The notes under the pieces were generated by a model, which had not been told where the DNA came from, did not search any database, and saw nothing but the letters and a program-made list of their open reading frames with translations. The position numbers and the translations under genes were made by a program. Of a stretch of 64,000 nt of DNA, positions 17,700 to 29,852 are shown piece by piece; positions within the stretch are counted from its first letter, which is position 1, and every line of letters begins with the position of its first letter. The stretch lies in NCBI RefSeq assembly GCF_009914755.1, contig NC_060930.1; one strand, given 5' to 3'. This DNA comes from the human T2T-CHM13v2.0 reference genome, Homo sapiens.

Positions 17700-19050
17700 A
17701 CAAAGCCACAGAAGGCCTACTTGTCAAATTTACTGGTGACAACAAGTCTGGAGAAATGGCTAATGTTTTGGATAATAGCATTAGAATTTAAGGTCTGTTT
17801 AAACTTCAAATTAACAGAATGAAATTAATATATGCACATATCAATTGGGTCTTTTGCTTATATATCATCTCTTAATAGAGCCTTTTTGAACAATCATTTC
17901 TAATGTGACCTTTGGGATTTTCTACTCATCATCACCTCATCCTGTTTGGTTTGCATTATAGCATCTATCCCTTCCTAACGTTTTCCCTATGTATTTGTTA
18001 GTTTGTTTTTTTTTAATCTAACTTTACTAGAAAGTAAAATGCATGGAAACAGCAACCTGTTTAACTTTGTATCACTAAGAGTGGAAAAATAACCCTCAGG
18101 AAATATTTGGTAAAATAATAAAATGCCCATTGATGCCCTTCTCTTAAAAAGAAATTTAATTAGTGCAGATTGGGGAAATACAACAATATTTCTCATAAAA
18201 TGTGATATCTATACAATAACAGAAGTACTATGTCCCAAAAAGTATTCTATAAATAGAAGAAAGAACAGATGGTTTTGCTGCTGATTAATCCATTTATCTT
18301 TCGTAAATCATCTAATTTCCCCAGGAACAGCTTCCTCATCTATTAAAGGGGGTTAGTAATAGCTAAGCCCTCAGGGGTTTAAAAATGCATATGAAATAAT
18401 TTTATAAACCATAAAGCACAAAACAAATATGAAAAATTATGATTGGAGGAGGGGGTGGGGTAGTTAACTAAATCTCAGTGTAAACCACCAATGTCTTGTG
18501 TGTGTTGAAAAAATAATTACATATAAAAACTGGTTGCATCCAAAGAATAATGTACTTTTTGCACTGGCAAGACTCAAACCATATTATTGCTACTTCCTCC
18601 CAGTTACATATTTTGCAAGATATTGACAATTGTCTAAAGGAAGACCAAACAGATGTAGGTGGGAGCTACTGTCATTTGAACAACATTGAAAAGAAAAATA
18701 CTAAAAAAGAAACATGAGGGCATATAAAGGAGCGCTGGGGCTGTGATGTTTATTTTGAATCTGTGAAGCATTGTCATGTGGAAGATTTATTCTGTGTAGC
18801 ACCAAGATGCAAACTAGGAATTAGAGGTAAAAGTCTCAAAAAGACAAATCGTGGCTTGAGACCTTGGTTTAATGTAAGAAACAGTTTTCTCACCCTTAGA
18901 GCACTCCCATAAGGATGGAAGTAGTGAATTGTGGTGGTCACATTCAAGCTAGATGGGGACATGTCAGCAATGTTATCAGGAGGCTTCTACTCTGAAGCTG
19001 AAGTTCAGACAAGATTTCCAGGCTCTTCCCAAGTGCAAGATTGTAATTAC
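17700..19050 (+). mobile_element. Fragmented L3/CR1 relic (with a MIR piece at ~18300-18410)
   Basis: gtcaaatttactggtgacaacaagtctggaga (CR1 RT FADD region) and a CR1-like 3' end atgtcagcaatgtt...ctcttcccaagtgcaagatt. Confidence 0.5.
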
Positions 19051-19814
19051 TTAAATGCAATATTTTTACCATGTTTATTAAGAATAAAAGGATCATGAAT
19101 TCACATTCTGACAAATGCTAGAATACTTATTATTAGAGACAAAACCAGTGCATGAGAGAATGGCAGGTGACATCAGCCCTGAATCAATGGGAAGAAAGAC
19201 CCAATGGGATGTGGTATTTACCAGAGAGAGCACTTCTGCTTAGATTGCTACATCCTACAGTGAATGTTTAATATCATTGAGTATATTGGTGGTCTGTCAT
19301 GCTTGACAACATTAACTATGATCATATTTATGACACTTGGCGTCCTTCAAGAATTTGTAGCTCTATTTCACATGACACTTAACTATCGCAAATACAAATT
19401 CCAGCTAAATAGACCCTTCAGTTTAAAAACAGTCTCATTCTCAAATTTTAAGGAGAAAGTGAAGACGGAGATGTCTTAAAGACTCGGCAAGTACTAAGTT
19501 GGCAAATGTCAAATGTTAAAATAAGTTTATATTAAATGTTAAAGTGTTTGCCTGGAATGACTTTTCCATTGTCCTGCTTGAGAAACACAGAGGCACCTCC
19601 TTATTGCTTTTATATTTGCTTTACAAAGACAAATGTATCAACATGCTCTGTATTAATTGTATGTTGACATTTTTGTCATATCCACAGACTGATGCATGTC
19701 TGTGCATGGTTTATAATAAGTGCACGTAAAAATAGAGAAAATAAGTAGAAAAAGAGAGAGATTTAACTCTCACCCCCCACCCCCCAAAAAAACAGATTAA
19801 ATTAGTTTTCATTA

Positions 19815-19833
19815 CTTTTTTTTTTTTCTTCAG
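19815..19833 (+). promoter_or_regulatory. Candidate 3' splice acceptor for upstream non-coding exon(s)
   Basis: Long T tract followed by CTTCAG; AG at 19832-19833, 377 nt before the ATG. Confidence 0.6.
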
Positions 19834-20154
19834 CTTCAGCTCTCCCTCAGCGAGGGAGGAGGCTGTGGGCTGCGGACTGAGTGCTGGAATGAGGAGTAAT
19901 TGAGCTTCAGCTGAGCCGGACGTAGCTTTCTCCTCCTGGTGTCATTGCTGCAGCCTCCAGTGCCGGGTCCCTAGTTCCTCAGCTGCCTATCTTCCCGGTG
20001 CAACATCGCCTGTAAAGACAGCAAAGCCACCGCAGAAGTTGCCCGGCAGAAGACTCCGGAGGCATTGGCTCAGTAACTTTTCACGTCATTTTCTGCTCGG
20101 GAGCCCCTTCTAGCCTCTCCGCGCAGCCTTTCCCACCGCAAATCACCAGTGCTC

Positions 20155-20187
20155 ATGGGGCAGGCGGAGAGGAGCTTGCAGCATTGA
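20155..20187 (+). other. uORF MGQAERSLQH*
   Basis: ATG GGG CAG GCG GAG AGG AGC TTG CAG CAT TGA; ends 23 nt before the main ATG, out of frame. Confidence 0.7.
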
Positions 20188-20210
20188 GCGGAACCGGACT
20201 TGAGCCCGTG

Positions 20211-20433
20211 ATGTCCGGCACCAAATTGGAGGACTCCCCCCCTTGTCGCAACTGGTCATCTGCTTCGGAGCTGAATGAAACTCAAGAGCCCTTTTTAAAC
20301 CCCACCGACTATGACGACGAGGAATTCCTGCGGTACCTGTGGAGGGAATACCTGCACCCGAAAGAATATGAGTGGGTCCTGATCGCCGGGTACATCATCG
20401 TGTTCGTCGTGGCTCTCATTGGGAACGTCCTGG
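20211..20433 (+). CDS. HCRTR2: Orexin (hypocretin) receptor type 2, first coding exon (aa 1-74 plus 1 nt; N-terminus and TM1)
   Basis: ATG at 20211 translates to MSGTKLEDSPPCRNWSSASELNETQEPFLNPTDYDDEEFLRYLWREYLHPKEYEWVLIAGYIIVFVVALIGNVL, which I recognise as the human OX2R N-terminus (N-glycosylation sequons NWS and NET; class A GPCR TM1 GN motif). The match ends at the canonical donor CTGG|GTGAGT (intron starts 20434, phase 1). Confidence 0.98.
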
Positions 20434-22154
20434 GTGAGTCTCCTCCCGGGCAGCCCTCCTAGGGGCTATCACCCCCTCTCCGCCCCGGGCTGAGAAGGCT
20501 CTAAAGAGACCCCTCCCTCCCCCGGGAAGCAAACAAAGAGGTCGCTGCTCTCGGATGGGGTTTTCTAATAAAATAATAATAATAATAGAAAGTTTTCTGA
20601 TTTTCCGAACCGGGACCGAGCCCTGGAAAGGTTATTCCCTGTTTTGCAGGAATAACGGGGAAACCGCGTTTCTTTTTCGAGCACCTAGATTACAAGCGCA
20701 GGGAGAGGGGCCGCGGCAGGGATCTCCAGGTGGATTTTGTTGAGTGTGTGTGTGTGTGGGTGGGTAGGTGGGGGAGTCAGTCATCCCTTTGTGTAACGTG
20801 GCTGGGTGTTTCAGGGGGGTTGGGACGAGACAGAGCTTGCAGAATACAAAGCTACATCCCTAAGGAGCAAGCTCTCTGTGGCTGTGGAAGTCACAAAGCA
20901 TTTGTGAGCTAGGTGGCATTGCCCTTTGGCGAGGAGGTTTAGTCTCCAGTCAAGAGGTGGTAATGAACCAGCAGGGAGTGGAGACGGAGGCAAAGCAGGG
21001 AAGTGCACTCACTCATAGAAGCTGAATTAAACAGGATCCATGCCTGGAGCAAGAAGGAGGGGCATCGGAGAAAAGTACCACAGAGATCTCAATCATCCAT
21101 CCATCCATTCATTCATACATCCATTCAGCCAAATATTTTTTTTTTTCAGTCTGCTTGTTGCCAGGCTCAGGAATTATTCATGTCAACTGTTTGTTGTTGT
21201 TTTGTTTTGTTTTGTTTTCTCCAAAGATGAGACTAAGCTTAATGCTAGGCTATTTGTCCCGGTCTAGGTCTGTATGCAAACACGGGTTTCCTCGACCCCT
21301 CATCCCCCTCCCCCTAAACAATTTCTGAGGGTTGGGGAGGGGGTGAGATGGCAACATGGTGAGTGCGATGATGGAATGTATTAGGGCAGTTGGGGAATAT
21401 ACCTCCAGAAAAGGGGCTTTGGAAGGGAGGGATAACTTGAAATAAATTGTGAATGGAAGGAGAGTGTACCTTGATGAATGAAGAGTAGAAGGCTGGGAGA
21501 CTTTTCACATGCAGAGGGCAGTGTGGAGGAAGTCTCTGCTGAAAATGACAGGAGATGGAGGAGGCTAGGAGTTGCTCTTGATTTTCATTTATAAAAGAGG
21601 AAGAAGGTGAGTGAGGTGAGATAGGCTGGGAGGCTTTGCAGTCAAAAGCAAAGAACTTGTAGCTGCAATGGGGACTGACAAGGAAATTATCAGGCTTTCA
21701 GACTAACCTGATTTTTGCCTTCTCTCCCAAGTGTGTTGGTCTGGGTAGAAATCATCCCGAGTAGTCTCTCACCAACTCAGCAGGCAGAATAGATGATAGT
21801 ATGTGAATGACAAGAGTTCTCCAGAGTGTTGGTAGAATGTTATTTGAGGAGACAAGAAACCTCTGAGAACTTTAGTACATTTTTAAATATTATTTTTAGA
21901 CTGTTTTCCTTTGGTTGATTTAAAAGTAAAAATAAAGGAAATCTTTTTGGGATACTAACAAAATGAAACAAAAGTGGAAATACACAAGATTAGGATTCTT
22001 GTTATAAGCATAATTCTGTTGATAATAATCCTAATCTTGCTTTCCTTCTTCTTGTTACCCATCCTTAGGATTACATCTCTTAAGACACATGGCTACCAGC
22101 ATAGCAACATTTTACTGCATTATGCCAACACTTATTGATAAGTGAATAATCAAA

Positions 22155-22340
22155 ATTGAACATATATTGAGTACCTACTGTGTGCCAGAGCCCTTCATGT
22201 ACATTCTCTCCCTTAAATATCAAAATAACCCACATTAGCCAGAAGAAGAAACAAGACTTAGAGAAATAAAATGACGTATTAAGGGACATAATTTAAATTC
22301 AGTTCCATTTTTTCTGACCTCAGATCCAGAATTCTCCATT
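22155..22340 (-). mobile_element. MIR
   Basis: tattgagtacctactgtgtgccag...gaagaaacaagacttagaga. Confidence 0.6.
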
Positions 22341-25300
22341 GTTATTCCACTCTAGAGCTAAAAAGCATATAGAGAATAGATTCTCTGCTCCTGATTGTCT
22401 GCAAGTTTATTAGATGTGTTCCTGTTCTCCTCTGCATCAACGCCCACTGCCAATAAAGTACAATGAGGGATTAATGGCACTGTCATTCTCTTCACCAAAA
22501 ACCTTTCCAGAGAAGCAGTAATTTTTTTATGAATAGCTATCAATAGTAACTATTTGCCTTCCTTATTTTAATTTTCGGCTGAATCTTTGTGGTAAAATGT
22601 GCTCTTCTTTGTTGTTATTGCATTTTTACCTTGCACAGACCTTGTAGTGAATAGTCTCCATATCCTAATTGCATAGTTTAGGGATACATGTTTGCTAGCC
22701 TGGGGAGTTTTAGTTTCAAGAAGGAAACACCTCTACAGTAAGGCTACTTGTTTCATAATGTCAAGGAAGATAGCACTGTCCACAGCCCCAAGTGCTGAAA
22801 TGGCCAATTCCATTCAGCCTAAAAAGAAAGATTTACTCAAAGCACTCTGCCTTAAAGAAACTGACAGCTATTTTCCTCAGGACTGAATAACACTGAAATC
22901 CTCTCTGGTTGAACTGAAATGCATTCTTTTCTGACATACTGCCTGAAAGTTGATGAGGTTTAGGTTTGACATTTAAACAAACGAGTAGTGTCGTTACTCA
23001 CAGACAACTTCCTGCTCTTTGATGTCACTGTCAAATTTGCAAAATGAATTAGATTGAGAATTGCTTTTTTGCCCCTCTGGTATAAGTAATTTTGCACATA
23101 GAGTGGTAGGACAGGATGTCACATGATTTATGCAAAATAAAGATGCAATATTAAGTATGAAGGTAAAATACCACAGTGTAGGCAGCAGATGTAATCACTG
23201 AGCCTTCAGGTCCAGTCACCATTTGTACTTTCATATAACTGCTTGGAAAATCTCAACCTTTTTGGGCTTACAAATATAATGCCATCAGTTAGAAGTCATC
23301 TTCTCCACAATGTCCTTTCATGAAGTGATGTAATAGGATATGCTGTGGGTAGCATAACAAAGTCTTGATTGTCCTCATCTCTTTTTCTTCTCCCCATAGT
23401 CCCTCTTTATCACTATGCCACCTCTCCACTCTCATATACTCCTCCCAAAGATGGAAAGCAGTTTCCTGGGGGAGTAAAGTTTTAAATAGAATGTTATGAG
23501 TATTTACATTCAATGAAAAGCTGTAAGCATGTTTAATGTGAAATTTTAAGTTCTAAGGAAGGAGCATAGGGTAAGGTTCTTTTTGGAAGGAGTATCTTTT
23601 CAGTATCTTCAGAATAATGCCACCTATAACCTATTCCTAACTATGTCTTCTACTACAGCTAAGTAGATGTATCAACTTATTCAATTGGTATATTGTGAGC
23701 ATTATCATTTTTTTAAATTAGTGTGTATATCAGGGGAGCCTCTGGGGAAATGTAAAGAAATGTGACTGATGTTAATTTTTACTCCTGATTCCTTGAATGA
23801 CAATTGTAGGGAGAAATGTGTTCTAGTCAGTTTAAACATTAAGTACCTAGGGAAAATGATCAATTTTCTGCTTCTCATATCTGCATTCAAAGATATCATA
23901 TGTTTCATCTGGTATGCTTCTGTCATATCTGTTGTTGTCTCCATATGGAAAATAGGAAAACATCAGTCTAGCTATGCTTCTTGCTTCTTGTGTGCCATTA
24001 GCAAGTTATTGAACTATCCAAGTCAATTTTTTTATAATTACAAATTAAAGATCGATAATGCCTGCATTATAGAAATAGTATCAGGATATAATGTACGTAT
24101 ACCCTCTATAAAGACATATAAAGGGACACAGGCATATACATATTTTTCTTGACACATAGACACTAATTAATGTCAATTTTTATCCCTTAATTTTCATGAC
24201 TGAACTTTTTGTGATGTGGTGTATAGCCAGCTTCTGCCTTCATGGGCCAGTCTGTATCTCTGTAGCTCTTTATGGCCTCTGCCCCAGCCTTTTCCTTAAT
24301 TGCATATTTTCCTAAAAGGTGTGAATAAAATGGTTTTGGCACACATTACTCTCCTTTTCCACACTAGCTCCACCCACCCATCTCCTTCATACTGATTGCT
24401 TAACATTGCCTTCTTGCCTTTAAATGAAAGCCATTCCTAACTATTGGAATAGTTTGCTTTCTCTCTCAACTTAAATTTGCCTGTGCTGGGTCCCATTCAT
24501 TTAGAGTTTTTGAGTTGTTAATAGGTTGTTGATAGGCAGGTCTATCACTACTAGTGTTTTAAATAACACACACATTGGTAATATGTTGATTTAACTCATA
24601 CATTGTTAAAATACATTGTGAAGTATTCATAGTTAAAATAAATTATCCATTAAGTAATTTACCTAATAACAGTTTACCCAAGTTAGGTGTGTGGAATGGG
24701 GAAATATTTGTAATAAGTTTGCTTCCTACAGAGTTAGTCTTGTGTCAGATATGTAAGTGGTAGAATTGCAAGTTCATGTTACTCCTAAGCCTAGAGACAT
24801 TTATTTTCTGCTTCTCCGAATGCCCATTTTAGTTTCATGGGTGTTTGTAAACCCATCCTTACCTACACAGGAAGCAAAAAGGGGTTATTTCTAAACCCTT
24901 TTTAGATATAGAAATAATACATCACTCATCTCGGCCAAGACTCAATAGAATCATGAATAGTGACTGTAAAAGGTAATATTAACTATTAGGCTTTAAACCT
25001 ATTGTGCATTTTAGTTTTAAAATGCAAACATGCTAATCTGAATAAGAATTAATCTGATGCCTCTACATTTTTGCTAAAATCATAACTGTTTAGTCTTACT
25101 TAGTAAAATAAATTATATCTTTGACTTAAAATCCCAATGATAACTTTTAAGATGGCTATTTCATAGATAACAGCAACATTTATCATGGACAGACAATAAT
25201 GAGAATAACATGTGCAACTGATAATTTAAATGCAATGAGTTATTTCTGTATTTGAAAAAATATATTTGGGAAATGGGATAATTAAAAAATACCAGTTTTC

Positions 25301-25689
25301 AAGAGACCAAATCTAAAACTCAAACATAAACACAATGCTCCAGTTTTTAGAAAACTGTCTTGATTGTAGTAGTGCCTACATACTAAATTGTATCATATGA
25401 TTTATATTAATTTTCCTTATTTTGTATTTTAGATTATATTTGAAAATTTTCATGTACTGCAGCTATGTTAGCATCTCAAAGTCTCCATATTCTCACTCCG
25501 CTCCGAAACATCCACTGCTGATGTTATTTAACTAGTGAAAGAAGATCCTTCCATGTTTCTTCTTATAGCATTCTGACATCTTCTCCACCCTAAGGAATGC
25601 TGGCTTTATTAAGTATGTTTCAGTCAATGACATGTGATTGGTGAAGCTGACGGTATTTGTCTTCAGTTCCTTTTTTCCCTGCAAAGGAA

Positions 25690-25925
25690 ATTTGTTGAAT
25701 ATTTATTGGGTACTATATGCCAGGTACTATATGTCAGGCTCCACTTACATATACTCTATTGATGCCTTACAACAAACTTATAATGAGAAGATTAATAGGT
25801 TTTACAAATAAGAAAAATGAATTCAAAGAGCAATGCTAACTTACTCAAACGTTTAGTCAGGCAGTAAATAGCAGCACTAGGTTTCAAATATGGATTTAAC
25901 AAATTCCATGGTCCATGCTTATTCC
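25690..25925 (-). mobile_element. MIR
   Basis: atttattgggtactatatgccagg...ttttacaaataagaaaaatga...ctaggtttcaaat. Confidence 0.65.
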
Positions 25926-26419
25926 ATTACTTCATCCTGCCTCTTTCCTTAGCTTCTAACCCTGACTGGAGATGCATAGGCAAAAAGAGGAAGGAAGAGA
26001 TACTTAGATGTGCCCTCTAGACAATTTACAGAGTTGTTTGGGCATGTTGCCATGCTGTTTTTCTGATAGACTACAGTTCTTCAGCTCTGAGGATGAGCTC
26101 ATTTGATAAGCCAATCAAGGTCGGGCTAGGGTTACTTTACAAGAGAAAATTTCAAGGTAAAATAGGTGCTGCCAAAAATGCTTTTACCTGTTCAGGGGGG
26201 TGACTCACTGGAAAAAAAATGTTAGATAATTGTGGCCAAGGATTATTTTGTTATTGAAAGTGCTATTTTTAGACACAATTTGAGCCTGAGAGCCTAAACA
26301 CTTAACACTTCACATAATCTACAGATATTTGTTTATTTTTCTTTTTGTCATGCATTGCCAAATAAATAGTATTTATTTAAACAAATCATGTTGCTATTGA
26401 TTTTATTAAATAGATGAAC

Positions 26420-26728
<309 letters not shown>

Positions 26729-27634
26729 GTGAACAGGTCAATTTCTATATCACCGGACAGTGTTCCTGGATCAGAATAATATATTATATGTATGAAGAAT
26801 CATTACCTATTACATCAGACATGAAATGACCTTTAGATACTGACTTTGAAAGAGTTTGAGATGCTATTGGATGAAACACATGACCCATATGACCAGTCTT
26901 TTGAATTGCTGACTCTGAGTATAAAATGTTTTCATTTCACCTTTGTTCACAATGAGAAGTGATCTCTTAACCAAGTAAATGAATTAAATCGATATTTAAA
27001 ATAACATTAAATTTCTTGCCAGAAAAACTGTTCTTTCATAAACAAAAAACAAATTGCTCAAAATAAATGACTATATCTTTATTTCTAAAAAATGTTTAGA
27101 GATTATTATTATTGGGTCTTTACAAGTAATTTGCCTTCAATACTAAACACATGAGAACAATGTTTAATATTTATATAGTATTTTACTCTTCAGAAGATAT
27201 TTGTCCATATTCTCTCTCAGTTATTCTTCACAACAACATTATGAGGTAGGTCTTTTTTAATGAAAAAAAACTCAAGTGCTTGAAGTGATTTAAAATCACT
27301 GTGGAAGAAAAGCATGGGCATACAGAAAAGCCAAGTGGTTGTGTGTCAGCTTGGGAAAAGCTTGCAAATTTCCTGTATTTCAAGAGGCCAGGATGAGGTG
27401 TGTAATTATCTTTTACTGGTCTTCAGCTATCCTGTCTTTGATATGTGATTGTGTCAAAACTATGAGGAAAAACTCACATTAACAAACTTCATAAACTTGT
27501 TAAACATAAAATAATAATTTCGATGTTTTAATTTACAGTAAGAGTTTATTCTTACAAGTCCTTAAATACCCAAAGTTCTTTCAGTTATCATAGTCTTTTT
27601 CAGTAGACAGAAATCCATGTGGACTGTTATTGTT

Positions 27635-28520
27635 CTGAATAGCTAGGCTATGCCATAGTAGCAAACAAACCCTGAATTTTCATTGGCTTAGTATCACGAA
27701 AGTTTATTTCTTGCTCATTTAACATCTGAGGTGGGTTGGAGAGTCTCCTTCATCCAATGACTCACAGTTCAGGCAGCCTCCACATTTTGTGCACTATCCC
27801 TAAAAGGTGGACTCTGTGGTAATCAGTTTCCAATATGGCTTCCAATGACCGCCCCCGGGCCCCGGCCCCACTTCCTGATAGTCACATCATCGTGTAGTCC
27901 CTTTGCATATTATGCCAGAATTGGTCTGGGTGACCAACAGCTCATAGCAGCAGTGAAACGATGTCACTTTCAAGATTACATAACAGGAGCTTACAGCTTC
28001 TGGCTCAAGTACCCACTTTCTCTCTAGCTCTTGGATCTCTTCTTCTGGAGGAAGTAAGCTGCCTTGTGGTGAGCAGCTGTTGGCTGGAGTTAAAATCTCC
28101 AGCCAGCAGCCAGAGAGGAAATACGGTCTGTTAACAACCTCATGTGTGAGCTTGGAAGCAAATCCTTCAGACCAGGTTGAGTCTTGAGGTGACTACAACA
28201 GCCACTACCCCAACCCACCCCCAGCTTCAGTGCAACTTAGTAACAGACACTGAGTCAGAACTATTCAGCTAAGCTTCTTGCAGATTCCTGACCATTCAGA
28301 AGCTATGTCATAATAAATTTTTGTTGTTTGACTTCAGTTTCGGGATAAGTTGTTGCACAGCCTCTAAAGTTGTGAACTAGAAGAAGTATACTGGCTCTTA
28401 ACCACCTTTGCCAAAAATTAACACTTGTCAGTCATGGTCATATTCATTTGGTCCAAATCAATCATATCGTATCAACCTAACTACAAAGGGGATTGGGAGA
28501 TGGTGATGTCTCTGTCACAG
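27635..28520 (-). mobile_element. Old MLT1J/K-like MaLR LTR split by the MLT1F-like insertion
   Basis: gctaggctatgccatagtagcaaacaaaccc...aagtttatttcttgctca (27640-27720) and cacttgtcagtc...cctaactacaaagggg (28390-28520). Confidence 0.5.
27815..28362 (+). mobile_element. MLT1E/F-like MaLR LTR
   Basis: tgtggtaatcag...gtgagcttggaagcaaatcctt...cagctaagc...gattcctgacc...aataaatttttgttg. Confidence 0.7.
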
Positions 28521-28659
28521 AATCTATATAATAGTTAAAAGTATTTTTAACTTGCATAGACTCAGAACAAGATAATTTGGAGGAATTCAATGCTTAATGG
28601 CATACCACTAAGATAAGCTGATAGATATATCGTTGCGATTTGGGTCTCTGACAATAGAG

Positions 28660-29285
28660 GCAATTGATAATATTAAGAGACTATGTGCCAATTATTGTGC
28701 TTGGATTGAGGGTACAAAGGTAATAGAATCCAAGGAACCTGCACTCTTTTTGAAAGATAGACACATAAACACATACTTTTAAAATAACGTGGTAAGTGCT
28801 ACTATGACAGATGGTTGCACAGAATGTAGTGGAAGTATTTGAGAAGGACACTTAGCTCTGCTGGGGGATTAGAGAGAGATACAGGAGGAGATGACACCTA
28901 AACTGAGTTTTAATAGATGAATTCAAGTTACCCAGGTGAAGAAAATTGGGTAAGGATGTTCTAAGCAGAGGAAACAACATAAGCAAAATCAAAGAGGCGT
29001 GAAATAGAATGAGCTATGAAGAAAGTGTTAGGCAATTGGGTAAGTCCAATGTAAGTGCAGATGAGGAGAGTCTGGAAATGAGGCTGAAGCAGTAAATAAG
29101 GATTGGCCATAAAAGACCTTGTGTACAATTCTTAAGATCTAGGCTTTGACACTGTTGTTTAGGGGAAGCTGTTAAAGGATTTTAAATTAGAGTACCATCA
29201 TTGGTTTGCATTTTCCATGAGAGCATTTTGAGGAAAATGCAGAGAATAAATACATGAGGGGAAAGACTAGTGAAGGTTTTCACAC
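28660..29285 (-). mobile_element. L2 fragment
   Basis: actatgtgccaattattgtgc...ggtaagtgctac...gaggaaacaacataagcaaa...ggattttaa. Confidence 0.6.
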
Positions 29286-29544
29286 TGGGGTTTGCATCCT
29301 GTTTTGGCAATAAGCTTGTTTTAATGAAAACAAACAAACAAACTGACAATAAAGAACATAATCCAAATTCTCCAGATAATTACTTCCAGGAGGCTTTCTA
29401 CGTGCTGCATACAAAACAAAGAAAGAAAAACATAAAGTGAGAAAACGAAGGAAAAACAAGGAAAGAAGAGAAAGAAAGAATACATATTGGAAAAACTGTT
29501 GCTGTTTTTGTTTTGCTGAATATTTAAATTTGAGAAGCAATTTC

Positions 29545-29852
<308 letters not shown>

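Larger units (their letters stand above)
19834..20720 (+). promoter_or_regulatory. HCRTR2: CpG-rich proximal promoter / 5'UTR / exon 1 region of HCRTR2
   Basis: Sharp rise in GC and CpG against an AT-rich background; CRE-like TCACGTCA at 20081-20088; GC-box-like CCGCCC near 20480. Confidence 0.75.

Noticed and set aside
20184-20462. ORF-track 92-aa protein starting at TTG
   Set aside because: The true start is ATG 20211 and the tail after 20433 is intron read-through; both aspects are discussed separately as speculative findings.
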